A stretch of 60,637 nt of DNA from Actinomycetota bacterium (GCA_030123765.1 JASJXX010000005.1:1-60637), one strand, 5' to 3'. Counted from the stretch's first letter, positions 27,981 through 38,714 are shown. Program-made: numbers and translations. The notes: a model not told the origin generated them from the letters alone.

Positions 27981-28893
27981 CGGCGTCTGCTCTCAGGTTC
28001 TGATGCTTGTTGCGTGATGCCCGACGCTGGTCATAGCCGAAGATCGCCAGTGCGACCCACACGGTGACGAATGCGAACGATTCGATGCTTGTCATCGACT
28101 CCCCGAACACTGCCACGCCGATCATCAGCTGAAGCGTTGGCGCGATGTACTGCAAGAAGCCGACCACCGAGAGCGGGATACGTTTCGCAGCTGCTCCGAA
28201 GAGGAGTAGCGGGATCACCGTGACGAGCCCCGCAGTGAGCAAGAACAGGGTTATCGCTGGCGTAGACCCGAACGTCGCGCCTGTCATCCGTGTCAGGAAC
28301 AGCAGCGCTGCCACGGCGGGCACGAACATCACGAGTGTCTCGCCGAACAAGGACACGAGAGGCGCGGGCGTTACGTCCTGTTTCTTGAGGAGGCCGTAGA
28401 AGCCGAACGAGAAGGCGAGCGTGAGCGAGATCCATGGGGGGACTCCTGCGAGGACACCCATCGCGATGACTCCGAAGGCTGCGACTCCCACTGCGGTCCA
28501 CTGCAGTGGGCGGAGCTTCTCGTTGAGGACGAACACTCCGAGAGCCACCGACACGAGCGGGTTGATGAAGTAGCCGAGGGAGACCTCGATGATGTGCCCG
28601 TTCGTCACAGCCCACACGAATACGCTCCAGTTGAGCGCAAGCAGAGACGCCGCCGTAAGGGTGGCGAGTCTCGGCCTCCACGCGGAGTAGCCGCTCGCGA
28701 ACACCGGCCACTCGCGACGCAGCGTGATGACGATGGCCAGGATCGGCACCGACCAGATGATCCTGTGCAGCAGCATCACAGCGGCGTCGATCGCCACGAG
28801 ATTCCAGAACAATGGCGTGAGACCCCAGAACAGGTACGCAGCGACTCCGAACCAGACCCCTTGTCGATGCTGCAATCTGTCTCCCACTGTCAC
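27970..28893 (-). CDS. rarD: EamA family transporter RarD
   Basis: AYLFWG..P, NW..FVWAV, SLGYFINPL, SFGFYGLLKK, GFLQYIAPTLQ. Confidence 0.93.
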   Translation of the reverse strand: MTVGDRLQHRQGVWFGVAAYLFWGLTPLFWNLVAIDAAVMLLHRIIWSVPILAIVITLRREWPVFASGYSAWRPRLATLTAASLLALNWSVFVWAVTNGHIIEVSLGYFINPLVSVALGVFVLNEKLRPLQWTAVGVAAFGVIAMGVLAGVPPWISLTLAFSFGFYGLLKKQDVTPAPLVSLFGETLVMFVPAVAALLFLTRMTGATFGSTPAITLFLLTAGLVTVIPLLLFGAAAKRIPLSVVGFLQYIAPTLQLMIGVAVFGESMTSIESFAFVTVWVALAIFGYDQRRASRNKHQNLRADAATP

Positions 28894-29002
28894 GGCAGAC
28901 CAGTCTGGCAGCTTTCGGGTGCACGGATGTACGAGCGTCAGGATCTGTCATTCGGCGCCCGACACCAGCATTTATGTCACCGGGTCCCGATACGGTGCAT
29001 AC

Positions 29003-29482
29003 ATGTTCACCGCACTCGCTCCTCGCCCGATCGCTGAAGGCCCGAGGCGTCGCCACGATGCAAGGGTAAACCGGTTCTCCCTCGAGGCCGTGCTTCTCAC
29101 GGAGCTCGACGGCCTCGCTGTCGATGACCATCAGGCCCGGTACGTCGTTGAGGCGGTGTGTGGAGGCTTCTCAGTGGAGGTTCCAAGGATGCGGTTCCAC
29201 GCGAGGCGCTCCCCGTACACGGGTGCCACGGAGCAGCCCAGGTGGCTGCTCGTGGAGCTACACGGCATCGAAGATGTCAGACGCATCGAGGAGCGTCGCG
29301 GTAGCTCTCTTCCACTCAAGGGCGCGATTCGTCTGGGCAGGGTGACGACGCTCATGACGGTGGCCCACGAGCTCGGGCATCATCTCGTGTTCTGCCTTGA
29401 TCGGCCGCGGACACCCGGCCACGGGAAGCGGTGGGTGCAGCGATTCGATGAGGCGGCGAGAGCTATCCGGCGGATTCTGTAG
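29003..29482 (+). CDS. Putative zincin-like metallohydrolase (HExxH); start uncertain
   Basis: TVAHELGHH followed by PGHGKRW..RF. Confidence 0.65.
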   Translation: MFTALAPRPIAEGPRRRHDARVNRFSLEAVLLTELDGLAVDDHQARYVVEAVCGGFSVEVPRMRFHARRSPYTGATEQPRWLLVELHGIEDVRRIEERRGSSLPLKGAIRLGRVTTLMTVAHELGHHLVFCLDRPRTPGHGKRWVQRFDEAARAIRRIL

Positions 29483-29579
29483 CGGGCGGGTCGAGCCGCT
29501 TGAATCGAGGGGTGCGACGCTCCTACTCTGGGTGTGCGAGAAGAGAATACTCTGGGTTGCGAAAAGAGAGGAAGACTGT

Positions 29580-30095
29580 ATGCATCATGGGCGACTGGTA
29601 ACTGTCGTGGGATCTGTACTAGCGATTATCGGGCTTGGACTGAAGTCGGCGAGCTCCACAGGGGAGGCTCTGCTACCGAACTTGAGCGCAGCGATCCCCA
29701 CGTTCCCGGCCGGTTTTGATCCGGCCTTTACCGCACTTTGGAATGAGAACGCCCCGGCAGCAGGCATCTTCGTGATCGCCCTCGCCGCGGTGGTTGGCGT
29801 CTCACTGATGCCGAGCATCAAGGAAGCGCTCTCACGCATGAACGCACTGGTAGTGACCGTGCTCGGTGTCGTCATGATGGTGATCGGCGGCATCGCGCTC
29901 ACGAGAGCTATCGACGATGCCGCGGCGTTGACCCGCGGGTTTGCTGAGGCAGCGGCGGCAGGGTTGATCCCCGCCGCCCACACGGTGTCTGCGGGCTGGG
30001 GTTGGTACCTGCTGGCGATCGGCGGCGTATTCGCGGCGATCGGCGGCGTGCTGCAGCTGATGTCCCGACCTGGCGAGAACGCTCTCTCGGACTGA
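29580..30095 (+). CDS. Hypothetical membrane protein (four TM)
   Basis: GAGG RBS, hydrophobic helices, GWGWYL. Confidence 0.7.
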   Translation: MHHGRLVTVVGSVLAIIGLGLKSASSTGEALLPNLSAAIPTFPAGFDPAFTALWNENAPAAGIFVIALAAVVGVSLMPSIKEALSRMNALVVTVLGVVMMVIGGIALTRAIDDAAALTRGFAEAAAAGLIPAAHTVSAGWGWYLLAIGGVFAAIGGVLQLMSRPGENALSD

Positions 30096-30105
30096 TCCAC
30101 ACGAT

Positions 30106-30153
30106 AGTTCGGCGTTGATTCTCACCGTATCTGGTGAGAACCAACGCCGAACT
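30106..30153. terminator. Long hairpin between convergent genes, probable bidirectional terminator
   Basis: AGTTCGGCGTTG.TTCTCACC / GGTGAGAA.CAACGCCGAACT. Confidence 0.65.
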
Positions 30154-30157
30154 CGCG

Positions 30158-30592
30158 TTACAGGGGATGTTCGACGCGGAACACCGGGTGTGACCCGGCG
30201 ACCGAGGTGAAGTCTGTCACCGTCGGTTCCGGGGCGAGATCGAAGTACGCCGCTACGTACTTGCGGTTCTCGTGGTAGTACCTCGCCAGTACCCTGCCTG
30301 CCTCTTCACCGTGGATCTCAACCGCCCTGACGCGGCTCGTGGTGCTTCCGCGTGCCAGGGTGGCTCGGTCGGTGGCACGTAGGTTCAACACCCAGCTCAC
30401 GTCACCGTACGGTGCAACGAGGTAGTCGACGTTCTCAATAGTCACGGGGGTGATCATCACGTCGCGCCGCTCCCCCGTCCTTCTGCCCATCGTTGTGAGT
30501 CTCCAAGCGGGCCCTCTGCCGTACCTGGCTAGAAGACGCACGACCCGGTTCTCAAAAGTTTTGCGCAGGGTGAGCCTGTACCGTTTTGTCAT
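30158..30592 (-). CDS. Deazaflavin (F420)-dependent nitroreductase family protein
   Basis: LTTMGRRTGERR, YLVAPYG..WVLNLRA, HPVFRV. Confidence 0.88.
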   Translation of the reverse strand: MTKRYRLTLRKTFENRVVRLLARYGRGPAWRLTTMGRRTGERRDVMITPVTIENVDYLVAPYGDVSWVLNLRATDRATLARGSTTSRVRAVEIHGEEAGRVLARYYHENRKYVAAYFDLAPEPTVTDFTSVAGSHPVFRVEHPL

Positions 30593-30624
30593 GTGCCTGA
30601 CCCTACACGCGAGGTCAAGGTCCG

Positions 30625-32625
30625 CTACCAGATGTCGGCCCGGACATTGCGCGAGCGCATGGCAGGGGAGTCTTCATCGATCTCGAATGCGTTGGCGAAT
30701 ATATCGAGATTGCTCAACGGGCCGATGCACCTGAAGTGACTCGGCGAGTGAGGGTCTGAGTTCACGAGGAGGCGGATGTACTCATCTGTGTAGTTCTGGC
30801 GCCAAGCTCTGGCGTACGAAAGGAAGAACCGTTGCTCGGGAGTCAACCCGCCGACATCCGCGCGGGCGCCCGCATCGAGAGCGGTCTGTAGGGCTGCATA
30901 CGCCACCTTGATCCCGCCGAGATCTGCGATGTTCTCCCCGAGAGTCAGCTCGCCGTTGACGTTGAGACCACTCTCGATCTCATACGAGTTGAACTGTTCT
31001 ACGACGACCTCAGCTCTCGCCTCGAACTCGGAGCGGTCCTCTTCACTCCACCAATCGCGCATCTGGCCAGAGGCATCGAACTTGGAACCCTGATCGTCGA
31101 AGCCGTGGGTTATCTCGTGTCCGATCACGGAACCTATGGCGCCGAAGTTGACGGCGTCATCGGCGTCGATGGTGAAGAACGGCGCCTGGAGGATTCCCGC
31201 AGGGAAGACGATCTCATTGCGGAGAGGATGGTAATAAGCGTTGACCACGTGGGGCGCCATCGACCACTCGTGCGGGTCCACCGGCTCGCCGAGCTTGCTG
31301 ATCTGACGCTCAAACTCGAAACGTGCCGCGGCCATCCGGTTCGAGAGCCAGTGGTCAGGATCGATGCTCAACGCGGTGTAGTCGCGCCATTCGTCCGGGT
31401 ATCCGATCTTGTATCCGAACCCGTCGAGCTTGGCGAGAGCTTCCTGTTTGGTTGCTTCACTCATCCACGTGATCGCCTCGATTCGCTTCTGCATGGCTTC
31501 GAGGAGGTAATCAACGAGTTCTTCCATTCGCTGCTTCGCCTCAGGCGGGAAGTTCTCCGCGACGTACAGCTGGGAGATGAGCTGGCCGATGTCTTCTGTA
31601 CCTGCACCGAGGACGCGCCTCCAGCGGTCCTTCTGAATCTGTTGTCCGGCGAGTGTGCGGCCGTAGAACTCGAAGGCTTCAGTTGCGAAGACCTCTGGAA
31701 GACTCGAAGCGGCAGAGCGGAGCAGATGCCATGCAAAATAGGCCTTCCAGTCCTCGATCGGTGTCTCGGTGAGCAGGACATCGAGAGTCGGGTAGAAGCG
31801 CACGTTGTCGATGTTGATGCTCTCCTCGTCGGACGCTCCGATTGCTTCGAGATAGGCGGTCAGGTTGAGTTGCGGCATCAACGCCGCTACGGCCTCTCGC
31901 TCCGTTTTGTTGGTGATGAGGTCCACATCGCGCATCTGGACGTTGGTGTAGGAGGCTTCGGCGATGGCTGTCTCGATCGTGACGACGATGCTCGCCGCCG
32001 AAGCTTCGTTCTTGAATCCGGCGAGTCGAAACATCGCCTCGATGTGATCGCCGTAGGCCTTGAGCAGGGCCGCGGATGTTGCGTCTTCTCTCAGGTAGTA
32101 GTCGCGGTCGGGGAGTCCGAGTCCTCCCTGGCCCAGGTAGAGCAGGTTCGCTGTCGGATCTTCAAAGTCCGGCATCACGCTTGCAGCAAACAGCACGCCG
32201 ACGCCCACACGGTGTAGGTCTGCCGTGAGCGGTTGCAGGTCGTCAAGCGAATCGAGCGAATCGATGCGGTCGAGCCAGGGTTGGATGGGGGAGAGCCCGA
32301 GCGATTCGATACGTTCGGTGTTCATACCTGATTGGTAGTGGTCACCTACCTTCTGGTCATTCGATCCGGTCTGCGCATTGGCGGCCGCAGCCCTCTTGAG
32401 AAGGTCTCGCAGGATCACTTCGTTGCGTACGTGGACCTCGTGTGCGGAGCCCCACGCGCCGTACTCGGGCGGAACCGGATTTGCATCAAGCCAACCGCCG
32501 TTCGCGAATCGGTAGAAGTCTTCGTCGGGAGAGACGGAAGGGTCGCTGTCCTCTACCTTGAAGACAGGGTCGTCTGGGGAGATTCGAATCACGGGTGGTG
32601 CTCCTGAAGGGTTGGTTGTGCGCAC
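30625..32625 (-). CDS. M13 family zinc metallopeptidase (PepO/Zmp1-like)
   Basis: DFYRFANG.W, VNAYY, IGHEITHGFDDQG, GENIADLGG, DPHSP..FR. Confidence 0.95.
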   Translation of the reverse strand: MRTTNPSGAPPVIRISPDDPVFKVEDSDPSVSPDEDFYRFANGGWLDANPVPPEYGAWGSAHEVHVRNEVILRDLLKRAAAANAQTGSNDQKVGDHYQSGMNTERIESLGLSPIQPWLDRIDSLDSLDDLQPLTADLHRVGVGVLFAASVMPDFEDPTANLLYLGQGGLGLPDRDYYLREDATSAALLKAYGDHIEAMFRLAGFKNEASAASIVVTIETAIAEASYTNVQMRDVDLITNKTEREAVAALMPQLNLTAYLEAIGASDEESINIDNVRFYPTLDVLLTETPIEDWKAYFAWHLLRSAASSLPEVFATEAFEFYGRTLAGQQIQKDRWRRVLGAGTEDIGQLISQLYVAENFPPEAKQRMEELVDYLLEAMQKRIEAITWMSEATKQEALAKLDGFGYKIGYPDEWRDYTALSIDPDHWLSNRMAAARFEFERQISKLGEPVDPHEWSMAPHVVNAYYHPLRNEIVFPAGILQAPFFTIDADDAVNFGAIGSVIGHEITHGFDDQGSKFDASGQMRDWWSEEDRSEFEARAEVVVEQFNSYEIESGLNVNGELTLGENIADLGGIKVAYAALQTALDAGARADVGGLTPEQRFFLSYARAWRQNYTDEYIRLLVNSDPHSPSHFRCIGPLSNLDIFANAFEIDEDSPAMRSRNVRADIW

Positions 32626-32829
32626 GTTAGCCAGGGATCACCGGCATCAGGCCCTGTTTCTGCTCCATCCCTGAGTCGGCATCGAGGACGCCGCTACCCG
32701 GCTCATGGACAGTGGACCGTCATCTTGAAGTCGCGCACTTATGCACTCAGGATTTGCCGTGGAGCGGGGTGGCGATAAGCTGCGGGGTGAACGCACCGGC
32801 GGTCCGTGTGTCAGAAAGGCGGGGTTCGG

Positions 32830-34536
32830 ATGAGCTTCACGTCGCTTGTGGATCTTGAGTCCGGGGAGCGATATCTCCCCGTCGCGAAGCACGGTGAGTC
32901 GCTCCTCAACGACGGATTCTTGAACAAGGGAGACGCGTTCTCGCGAGATGAGCGAACCATGTTCGGTCTGTGCGGGATGCTCCCCGATCACGTCGCGTCG
33001 ATCGATGAGCAGCTTCTGCGGGTCCGCGTGCAGTACGACTCGAAAGCAGACGACATTGACAAGAACGTGTACCTCAACGCGCTGATGGACCGTAACGAGA
33101 CGCTTTTCTACCGATTTGTCGAGGAGAACCTCGAAGAGGTCGTGCCTGTGATCTACACCCCGGTGGTGGCCAAAGTCTGTTCTCACTGGAGTCGCATCTA
33201 TCGAACTGCTCGTGGCCTCTACATCACGCCGAGGGATCGTGGCCGTATTGCGGAGCTCCTGCTCGCACGCCCTGTCAAGGAGCCACCTGTGATCGTCGTG
33301 ACGGACAACGAGCGCATCCTCGGCATCGGGGACCAGGGGGCGGGGGGTATGGGGATACCGATCGGAAAGCTCGCGCTCTACACCGCGGCGGCCGGAATCC
33401 ATCCCGCGAGGTGCATCCCCATCTCCATCGATGTCGGGACGAACAACAGTGAGCTTCTCGAAGACCCGCTGTACGTCGGCTACCGCGAGCCCCGGCTTCG
33501 CGGCCAGGAGTATGACGATCTCATCGACGAGTTTGTCGACGCTGTCCGCACGGTGTTCCCCGACGCCCTGTTGCAGTGGGAGGACTTTGCGAACGTGACG
33601 AGCTTCAAGAACCTTGAACGGCATCGAAGCCGGATTGCGTCGTTCAACGACGACATTCAGGGAACGGCGGCCATGGTAGTGGGGGGCCTCATCGCGGCGA
33701 CCGGGTCGAGCGAGGCCGAAGCCACCGATCACAGGGTCGTGATTGCAGGCGCAGGCTCAGCCGGGTACGGGATCCGCGAGCAGATCATCCGCGCGATGGT
33801 CGACGTTGGTCTCAGCGTCGACGACGCCCGGTGCCAGATCTACGTGCTCGACAGCCGCGGGCTCCTCGTGTCAAACCGCAGCACACTCTCGGAGGTCAAG
33901 CGGGAGATGGCGACAGCGGTCGGCGTAGTCGCTCGTTGGAGCAACACGGAGAGTCCGCCGAGCCTCCTTGACGTCATCATGCACGTTGCCCCGACCGTCC
34001 TGATCGGTGTGAGTGGCACGGCCGGGCTGTTCACGGAAGAAGTCATCACTGCAATGGGGAAGAACTGCGAGCGGCCAATCGTGATGCCGTTGTCGAACCC
34101 GACGAACTACACCGAGGTCACACCGTCGAACGTGATGAAGTGGACCGAGGGCAGAGCGATCGTCGCGACGGGAAGCCCGTTCGCCCCTGTTACCCACGGT
34201 GGCAGGATCCACCGCATCGGGCAAGCAAACAATGTGTTCATCTTTCCCGGGATGGGCCTTGGCGTGATCACCGTGAGGGCGCGGGAAGTGACGGACGAGA
34301 TGTTCCTCTCCGCGGCACGGGCGCTTGCCGAGTGCACCGGCCCCGATCTGGTTGCCCAAGGTCAGCTCTTCCCGAACATCTCGGATGTTCGCGAGGTCTC
34401 GCGGATGGTCGCCATTGCCGTGGCACGCAAGGCAATCGAGCAGGGTGTTGCCGATCCCGTCAGCGATCTTGAGGCGATGATCGGCGACGAGATGTGGGCT
34501 CCGGAGTATCTGCCGTACCGGTTAGCGGGTGTCTGA
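32830..34536 (+). CDS. maeA: NAD-dependent malic enzyme
   Basis: NKG.AF, IYTP, ERILGIGDQG, FNDDIQGT, GAGSAG, PLSNPT, QANNVFIFPG. Confidence 0.93.
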   Translation: MSFTSLVDLESGERYLPVAKHGESLLNDGFLNKGDAFSRDERTMFGLCGMLPDHVASIDEQLLRVRVQYDSKADDIDKNVYLNALMDRNETLFYRFVEENLEEVVPVIYTPVVAKVCSHWSRIYRTARGLYITPRDRGRIAELLLARPVKEPPVIVVTDNERILGIGDQGAGGMGIPIGKLALYTAAAGIHPARCIPISIDVGTNNSELLEDPLYVGYREPRLRGQEYDDLIDEFVDAVRTVFPDALLQWEDFANVTSFKNLERHRSRIASFNDDIQGTAAMVVGGLIAATGSSEAEATDHRVVIAGAGSAGYGIREQIIRAMVDVGLSVDDARCQIYVLDSRGLLVSNRSTLSEVKREMATAVGVVARWSNTESPPSLLDVIMHVAPTVLIGVSGTAGLFTEEVITAMGKNCERPIVMPLSNPTNYTEVTPSNVMKWTEGRAIVATGSPFAPVTHGGRIHRIGQANNVFIFPGMGLGVITVRAREVTDEMFLSAARALAECTGPDLVAQGQLFPNISDVREVSRMVAIAVARKAIEQGVADPVSDLEAMIGDEMWAPEYLPYRLAGV

Positions 34537-34557
34537 GGTCGGAGCGACTGCTCGGTG

Positions 34558-35703
34558 TCACACGCCGAGGCCGCGTCCGATGATCTCTTTCATGATTTCA
34601 GTCGTGCCGCCGTAGATCGTCTGCACCCTTGCGTCAAGGTACGCCCTCGCGATCGGGTATTCGAGCATGTACCCGTACCCGCCGTGCATCTGGACGCCCA
34701 TGTTGACAACTCTGCCCAGCATCTCGGTCGTCCACCACTTTGCTTCGGCCGCCTGCTCGATGGTGAGGTTGCCACGGAGGTGATCTTCAAGGAGCCGGTC
34801 GACGAAGACACGGCCGATATCGATCTCAGTCCTGGCTTCGGCGAGCTGGAATCGATTGTGCTGAAAGCTTCCGATGGGTCGGCCGAACGCCTGGCGCTCC
34901 TTCGCGTAGTCGAGCGTTATCTGGAAGGCAGCCTCGGCGCCAGCGACAGCGCCGATAGCGATCGATAAGCGCTCCTGGGGAAGGTTCGCCATGAGCTGGA
35001 AGAAACCCATCCCCTCATCACCGAGGCGGTTCGCAACCGGCACAGGAACATCGTTGAAGAACAACTCAGCTGTGTCCTGCGCGTGGAGCCCCATCTTGGC
35101 GAGGTTCCTGCCGCGTTCGAAACCCTCCATGCCGTCTTCGACGATGAGTAGCGTCAGTCCGCCGTGCGCATCATCTGAAGTGCGGACGACGACGATGATG
35201 AGGTCGGCATTTATGCCGTTAGTGATGAAGGTTTTGGACCCGTTGACGACGTAGACGTCTCCATCGCGCCTGGCAGTGGTCTTGATTCCGGCAAGGTCAG
35301 AGCCGGTCGCCGGTTCGGTCATCGCTATTGCGGTCATGAGGTCGCCGCTGGCGAGGCCCGGCAGCCACCGTTTCTTCTGCTCATCGTTCGCGTAGGTGAG
35401 GAAGTAGGGGGTACAGATGTCGTTGTGCAGCGTGATACACATTCCAGAACCACCTGCCTCCCCTCTCGTGAGCACTTCGGCGATGACGGCGTTGTAGCGG
35501 AAGTCCTCGACGCCCCCACCCCCGTACTCCGAGGGGATCGCCATTCCTAGCAGCCCGGCCCGGCCGGCCTTGCGGAACATGCTCTTATCTATCTTGCCTG
35601 CGTCCTGCCACTCCTGAGCATGGGGGAGGATCTCCTTCTCAAGAAAGTGGTGTGCCGATTCGCGGAACAGATCGTGGTCGGTGTCAAAGATGGTGCGTTG
35701 CAT
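34558..35703 (-). CDS. Acyl-CoA dehydrogenase (long-chain type)
   Basis: AIAMTEP.TGSDL, NGSKTFITNG, QDTAELFF, QMHGGYGY, IYGGTTEIMK. Confidence 0.95.
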   Translation of the reverse strand: MQRTIFDTDHDLFRESAHHFLEKEILPHAQEWQDAGKIDKSMFRKAGRAGLLGMAIPSEYGGGGVEDFRYNAVIAEVLTRGEAGGSGMCITLHNDICTPYFLTYANDEQKKRWLPGLASGDLMTAIAMTEPATGSDLAGIKTTARRDGDVYVVNGSKTFITNGINADLIIVVVRTSDDAHGGLTLLIVEDGMEGFERGRNLAKMGLHAQDTAELFFNDVPVPVANRLGDEGMGFFQLMANLPQERLSIAIGAVAGAEAAFQITLDYAKERQAFGRPIGSFQHNRFQLAEARTEIDIGRVFVDRLLEDHLRGNLTIEQAAEAKWWTTEMLGRVVNMGVQMHGGYGYMLEYPIARAYLDARVQTIYGGTTEIMKEIIGRGLGV

Positions 35704-36028
35704 GCAAGGACGGTATCAGGTCGCGGGCGTCGGCCCTCAACCTGGGGGTATCCGACTATTAGAACCTGGTCACTTTTTTGGATATCGACAACGTTTCCCC
35801 GCTGCGCGAAGGTTGCAGAAGAGAGAGTTTGGGACCGACCGCCGTGTCGATGGAGGATCAGCACGACAGCAGTCGCCTTCGGGAGCTGAACACACGTCGG
35901 TCAACGGCAGCGATCAGAACGTCGTTGCGGTGGATCGGTTCATATGGGAGGGGTCTCCGTAGAGGCTCCTCCCGTTCTTACGCCTAGCGGGTTGGCGCGG
36001 CGACCCGCTCCGCGTCCCATCCGATGGG

Positions 36029-37408
36029 TCAGAGCGGTTCGAGCCTTGCAGTGAAGTGGCGAAGCCACGATGCTTGCTCGATGATGCGGTAACCACGGAG
36101 ATCTTCGGATCGAGTTGCTACGTCGATGACCACTTCAGCCACATAATCGATGTGGCTCTGGGTGTACGTCCTGCGGGGGATCGCCAGACGGACGAGTTCC
36201 ATCGTTGCGGGGTCGTCCGGCCCTCCGTGCGGGTCGACCCGGCCGAACATGACCGTGCCGATCTCGACGCCACGGACTCCTCCTGCGCGGTACAGCTCGA
36301 TAGCGAGCGATTGGGCCGGATACTCGTAGGACGGGATGTGCGGGAGGAGAGCGGCTGCATCGAGATAGACAGCGTGCCCCCCCGCAGGGAGCATGATCGG
36401 CATGCCGCCGGCGTTGATCGTCGTTGCGAGATACTCGGTTGAGCGAATACGGTAGCGGAGGTAGTTCTCGTCGAGGACTTCGTTGAGCCCGATGGCGATC
36501 GCCTCGAGGTCATATCCAGCCAGGCCGCCGTAGGTAGGGAACCCCTCGGTGAGGATGAGCAGGTTCCTTGCTTCCTGCGCCCATCGGGCGTTGTTCATCG
36601 CGAGGAATCCACCGATGTTGGAGAGTCCGTCCTTCTTGGCCGACATCGTGGTGCCATCGACGAGAGAGAACATCTCTCGCGCAATCTCGCGCGGTGTTGT
36701 GTCGGCGTAGCCATCCTCCCGCGTCTTGATGAACCAGGCATTCTCCGCGAACCGGCACGCGTCGAGAAAGAGAGGTATCCCGTACTCGTCGCACACCGAG
36801 CGCACGTCGCGGATATTCGCCATCGAGACGGGCTGGCCCCCACCGGAGTTGTTAGTGACCGTGATCATCACGAGCGGCACACGGTCGACACCTACCTCCT
36901 GGATGGTCGCCCTGAGCTTCTCGACATCCATGTTCCCTTTGAAGGGCAGGATCGTCGCTGGATCTGTTCCGCCGGGGATGACCATATCTCGCGCTTCAGC
37001 ACCCTGGTACTCAACGTTGGCCCTCGTCGTGTCGAAGTGCGTGTTGTTCGGTACGACATCGCCACTCTCAACTGCCACGCTAAACAGGATCTTCTCTGCG
37101 GCTCGGCCCTGGTGGGTAGGGATGACATGATCGAACCCCGTGATGCTGGTGACAGTCTCTTCGAAGCGGAAGAAGGAGCGGCTACCGGCGTAGGTCTCGT
37201 CGCCCCGCATCATGCCTGCCCACTGCTCCGCCGACATCGCCCCGGTACCTGAGTCGGTGAGAAGGTCGATGATGACTTCATCCGCGCGGAGGCCGAACAG
37301 GTTGTATCCAGATCGCTTAAGGGCGGCTTCGCGCTGCTTGAGATCAGGCAGGTCGATCGCCTCGACGGTGTGTATCCGGAACGGCTCGATGATGGTCTTG
37401 TACTCCAT
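36029..37408 (-). CDS. tnaA: Tryptophanase (beta-eliminating PLP lyase)
   Basis: EPFRI, DLLTDSGT, THQGRAAE, MSAKKD (PLP Lys), EGFPTYGGL; LRHFTA and GVEIG favour tryptophanase over tyrosine phenol-lyase. Confidence 0.88.
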   Translation of the reverse strand: MEYKTIIEPFRIHTVEAIDLPDLKQREAALKRSGYNLFGLRADEVIIDLLTDSGTGAMSAEQWAGMMRGDETYAGSRSFFRFEETVTSITGFDHVIPTHQGRAAEKILFSVAVESGDVVPNNTHFDTTRANVEYQGAEARDMVIPGGTDPATILPFKGNMDVEKLRATIQEVGVDRVPLVMITVTNNSGGGQPVSMANIRDVRSVCDEYGIPLFLDACRFAENAWFIKTREDGYADTTPREIAREMFSLVDGTTMSAKKDGLSNIGGFLAMNNARWAQEARNLLILTEGFPTYGGLAGYDLEAIAIGLNEVLDENYLRYRIRSTEYLATTINAGGMPIMLPAGGHAVYLDAAALLPHIPSYEYPAQSLAIELYRAGGVRGVEIGTVMFGRVDPHGGPDDPATMELVRLAIPRRTYTQSHIDYVAEVVIDVATRSEDLRGYRIIEQASWLRHFTARLEPL

Positions 37409-37469
37409 GGGATCCTCTCGGTGCGGTACCGTGAGTCTCGCAGTTGCAGGCACGTACCTACGCACCTAC

Positions 37470-37703
37470 CTACTTATCGGATACTTCGCTGCTGACCCTC
37501 CCGTCGGGACTCAACGCTCTCTCCTCATTGATCCAGTCCTCGAAATCGCGCAGGGAGACCCGCCACTCCCGTCCGAACTTCACCGCGGGGAGCGCACCGG
37601 TCCGCAGAACAGATGTGACGACGAAGGGTGACACGTCCATGTACTCGCAGATGTCCGCGACGGTGAGCCAGGGTTTGTCGAGATCCACAGTTATGCGATC
37701 CAT
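37470..37703 (-). CDS. Excisionase-like HTH_17 DNA-binding protein
   Basis: WLTVADICEYM.VS..G.LPAVKFGREWRV....FEDWI. Confidence 0.85.
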   Translation of the reverse strand: MDRITVDLDKPWLTVADICEYMDVSPFVVTSVLRTGALPAVKFGREWRVSLRDFEDWINEERALSPDGRVSSEVSDK

Positions 37704-37870
37704 ACGCACAGCGTAGAGCACCTCCGGGAGGGATTCCAGGGGCACGAAAAATGTCTTGCGCATTGGCAGGGACCACCGTATCGTCGTGGAGCCTGGAGAG
37801 AGACCGCCCGGTCGCACGCACAGGGTCGAGAGGGGCCAAGCGGGCGTCGGTCCGGGAAGGTTGAGAACAC

Positions 37871-38689
37871 ATGATCAGCGTTTTGATCGCTGCAACCCAC
37901 CGATTCGGTCGGGTCAGAAGAAATGGATACGACCCCGACGAGGTCGACGCTGTCGTCGCACGTCTGATAAGCGAGCTCCGTCGCCACGACGAACGCGTTG
38001 TGACCCTCACCGAGCGGCTCGACGCGGCGGATGCCTCCGCAGACGCTATCCGCAGAACCTTTGTGGCCGCCGAAGCGACGCGCGATGAGATCATGGCGAA
38101 GGCCAACGCCGATGCGAGCATGATCGTCAAGGACGCGAAGATTCAGGCAGAGGAACTCGTCGGCCTCGCAGAGGCGCTCGAGGCGCAGATTGCTGTTCGC
38201 CGAGACCGAGCCCTTGTCGAGGTCTACGCGGAGACGGATCACACGCTCAGGATGATCGAAGCCGAGACCGCGAGGCGCTCAGCTGAAACCGAGTGGGTGG
38301 TACGCGAGGCAGTGGATGCGGCGAACCGCGAAGCCGCCGAAGTCGGGGGCCTCGCAGAAGTCAAGATGCGTGAAGAGTTCCGGAGGGCGGGGGACCTCAG
38401 CCTGCGCGTCGCGTCGATACGCGAGGCGGTCCTCAGCCTCGAACAGGCAGCAGCGAAGCTCGCCGAGTCTGCGTTGCAGGACGCGAGAGTGCTCGATCTG
38501 ACAGCGATTGAGCAGATCGATCGGCTTACGCTCGATCTTACCGAGCCCCAGGCGGAGAAACCGCTTCTGGTACTTGCGGAACCTGCCGATGTTGTGGAAT
38601 CACCCGACGAGTCGCCAAGAACCCGATACCAGCGACTGACGGGCATTCCGCTACGAGAACGGATCAAGATCGCCCGGATGTCTGAGTAA
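37871..38689 (+). CDS. DivIVA-domain coiled-coil protein
   Basis: RF.RVRR.GYDPDEVD followed by a long Ala/Glu-rich coiled coil. Confidence 0.8.
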   Translation: MISVLIAATHRFGRVRRNGYDPDEVDAVVARLISELRRHDERVVTLTERLDAADASADAIRRTFVAAEATRDEIMAKANADASMIVKDAKIQAEELVGLAEALEAQIAVRRDRALVEVYAETDHTLRMIEAETARRSAETEWVVREAVDAANREAAEVGGLAEVKMREEFRRAGDLSLRVASIREAVLSLEQAAAKLAESALQDARVLDLTAIEQIDRLTLDLTEPQAEKPLLVLAEPADVVESPDESPRTRYQRLTGIPLRERIKIARMSE

Positions 38690-38714
38690 CAGGCACCCGG
38701 AGCGGGCGGAGGGG

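Noticed and set aside
35704-36028. Intergenic gap with an AT-rich patch and short ORFs
   Set aside because: No convincing ORF, repeat or stable structure found; probably just the promoter region of the acyl-CoA dehydrogenase.
37470-37703. Prophage or integrative element implied by the excisionase-like gene
   Set aside because: No integrase, att-like repeats, tRNA or phage genes; the flanks are housekeeping genes.
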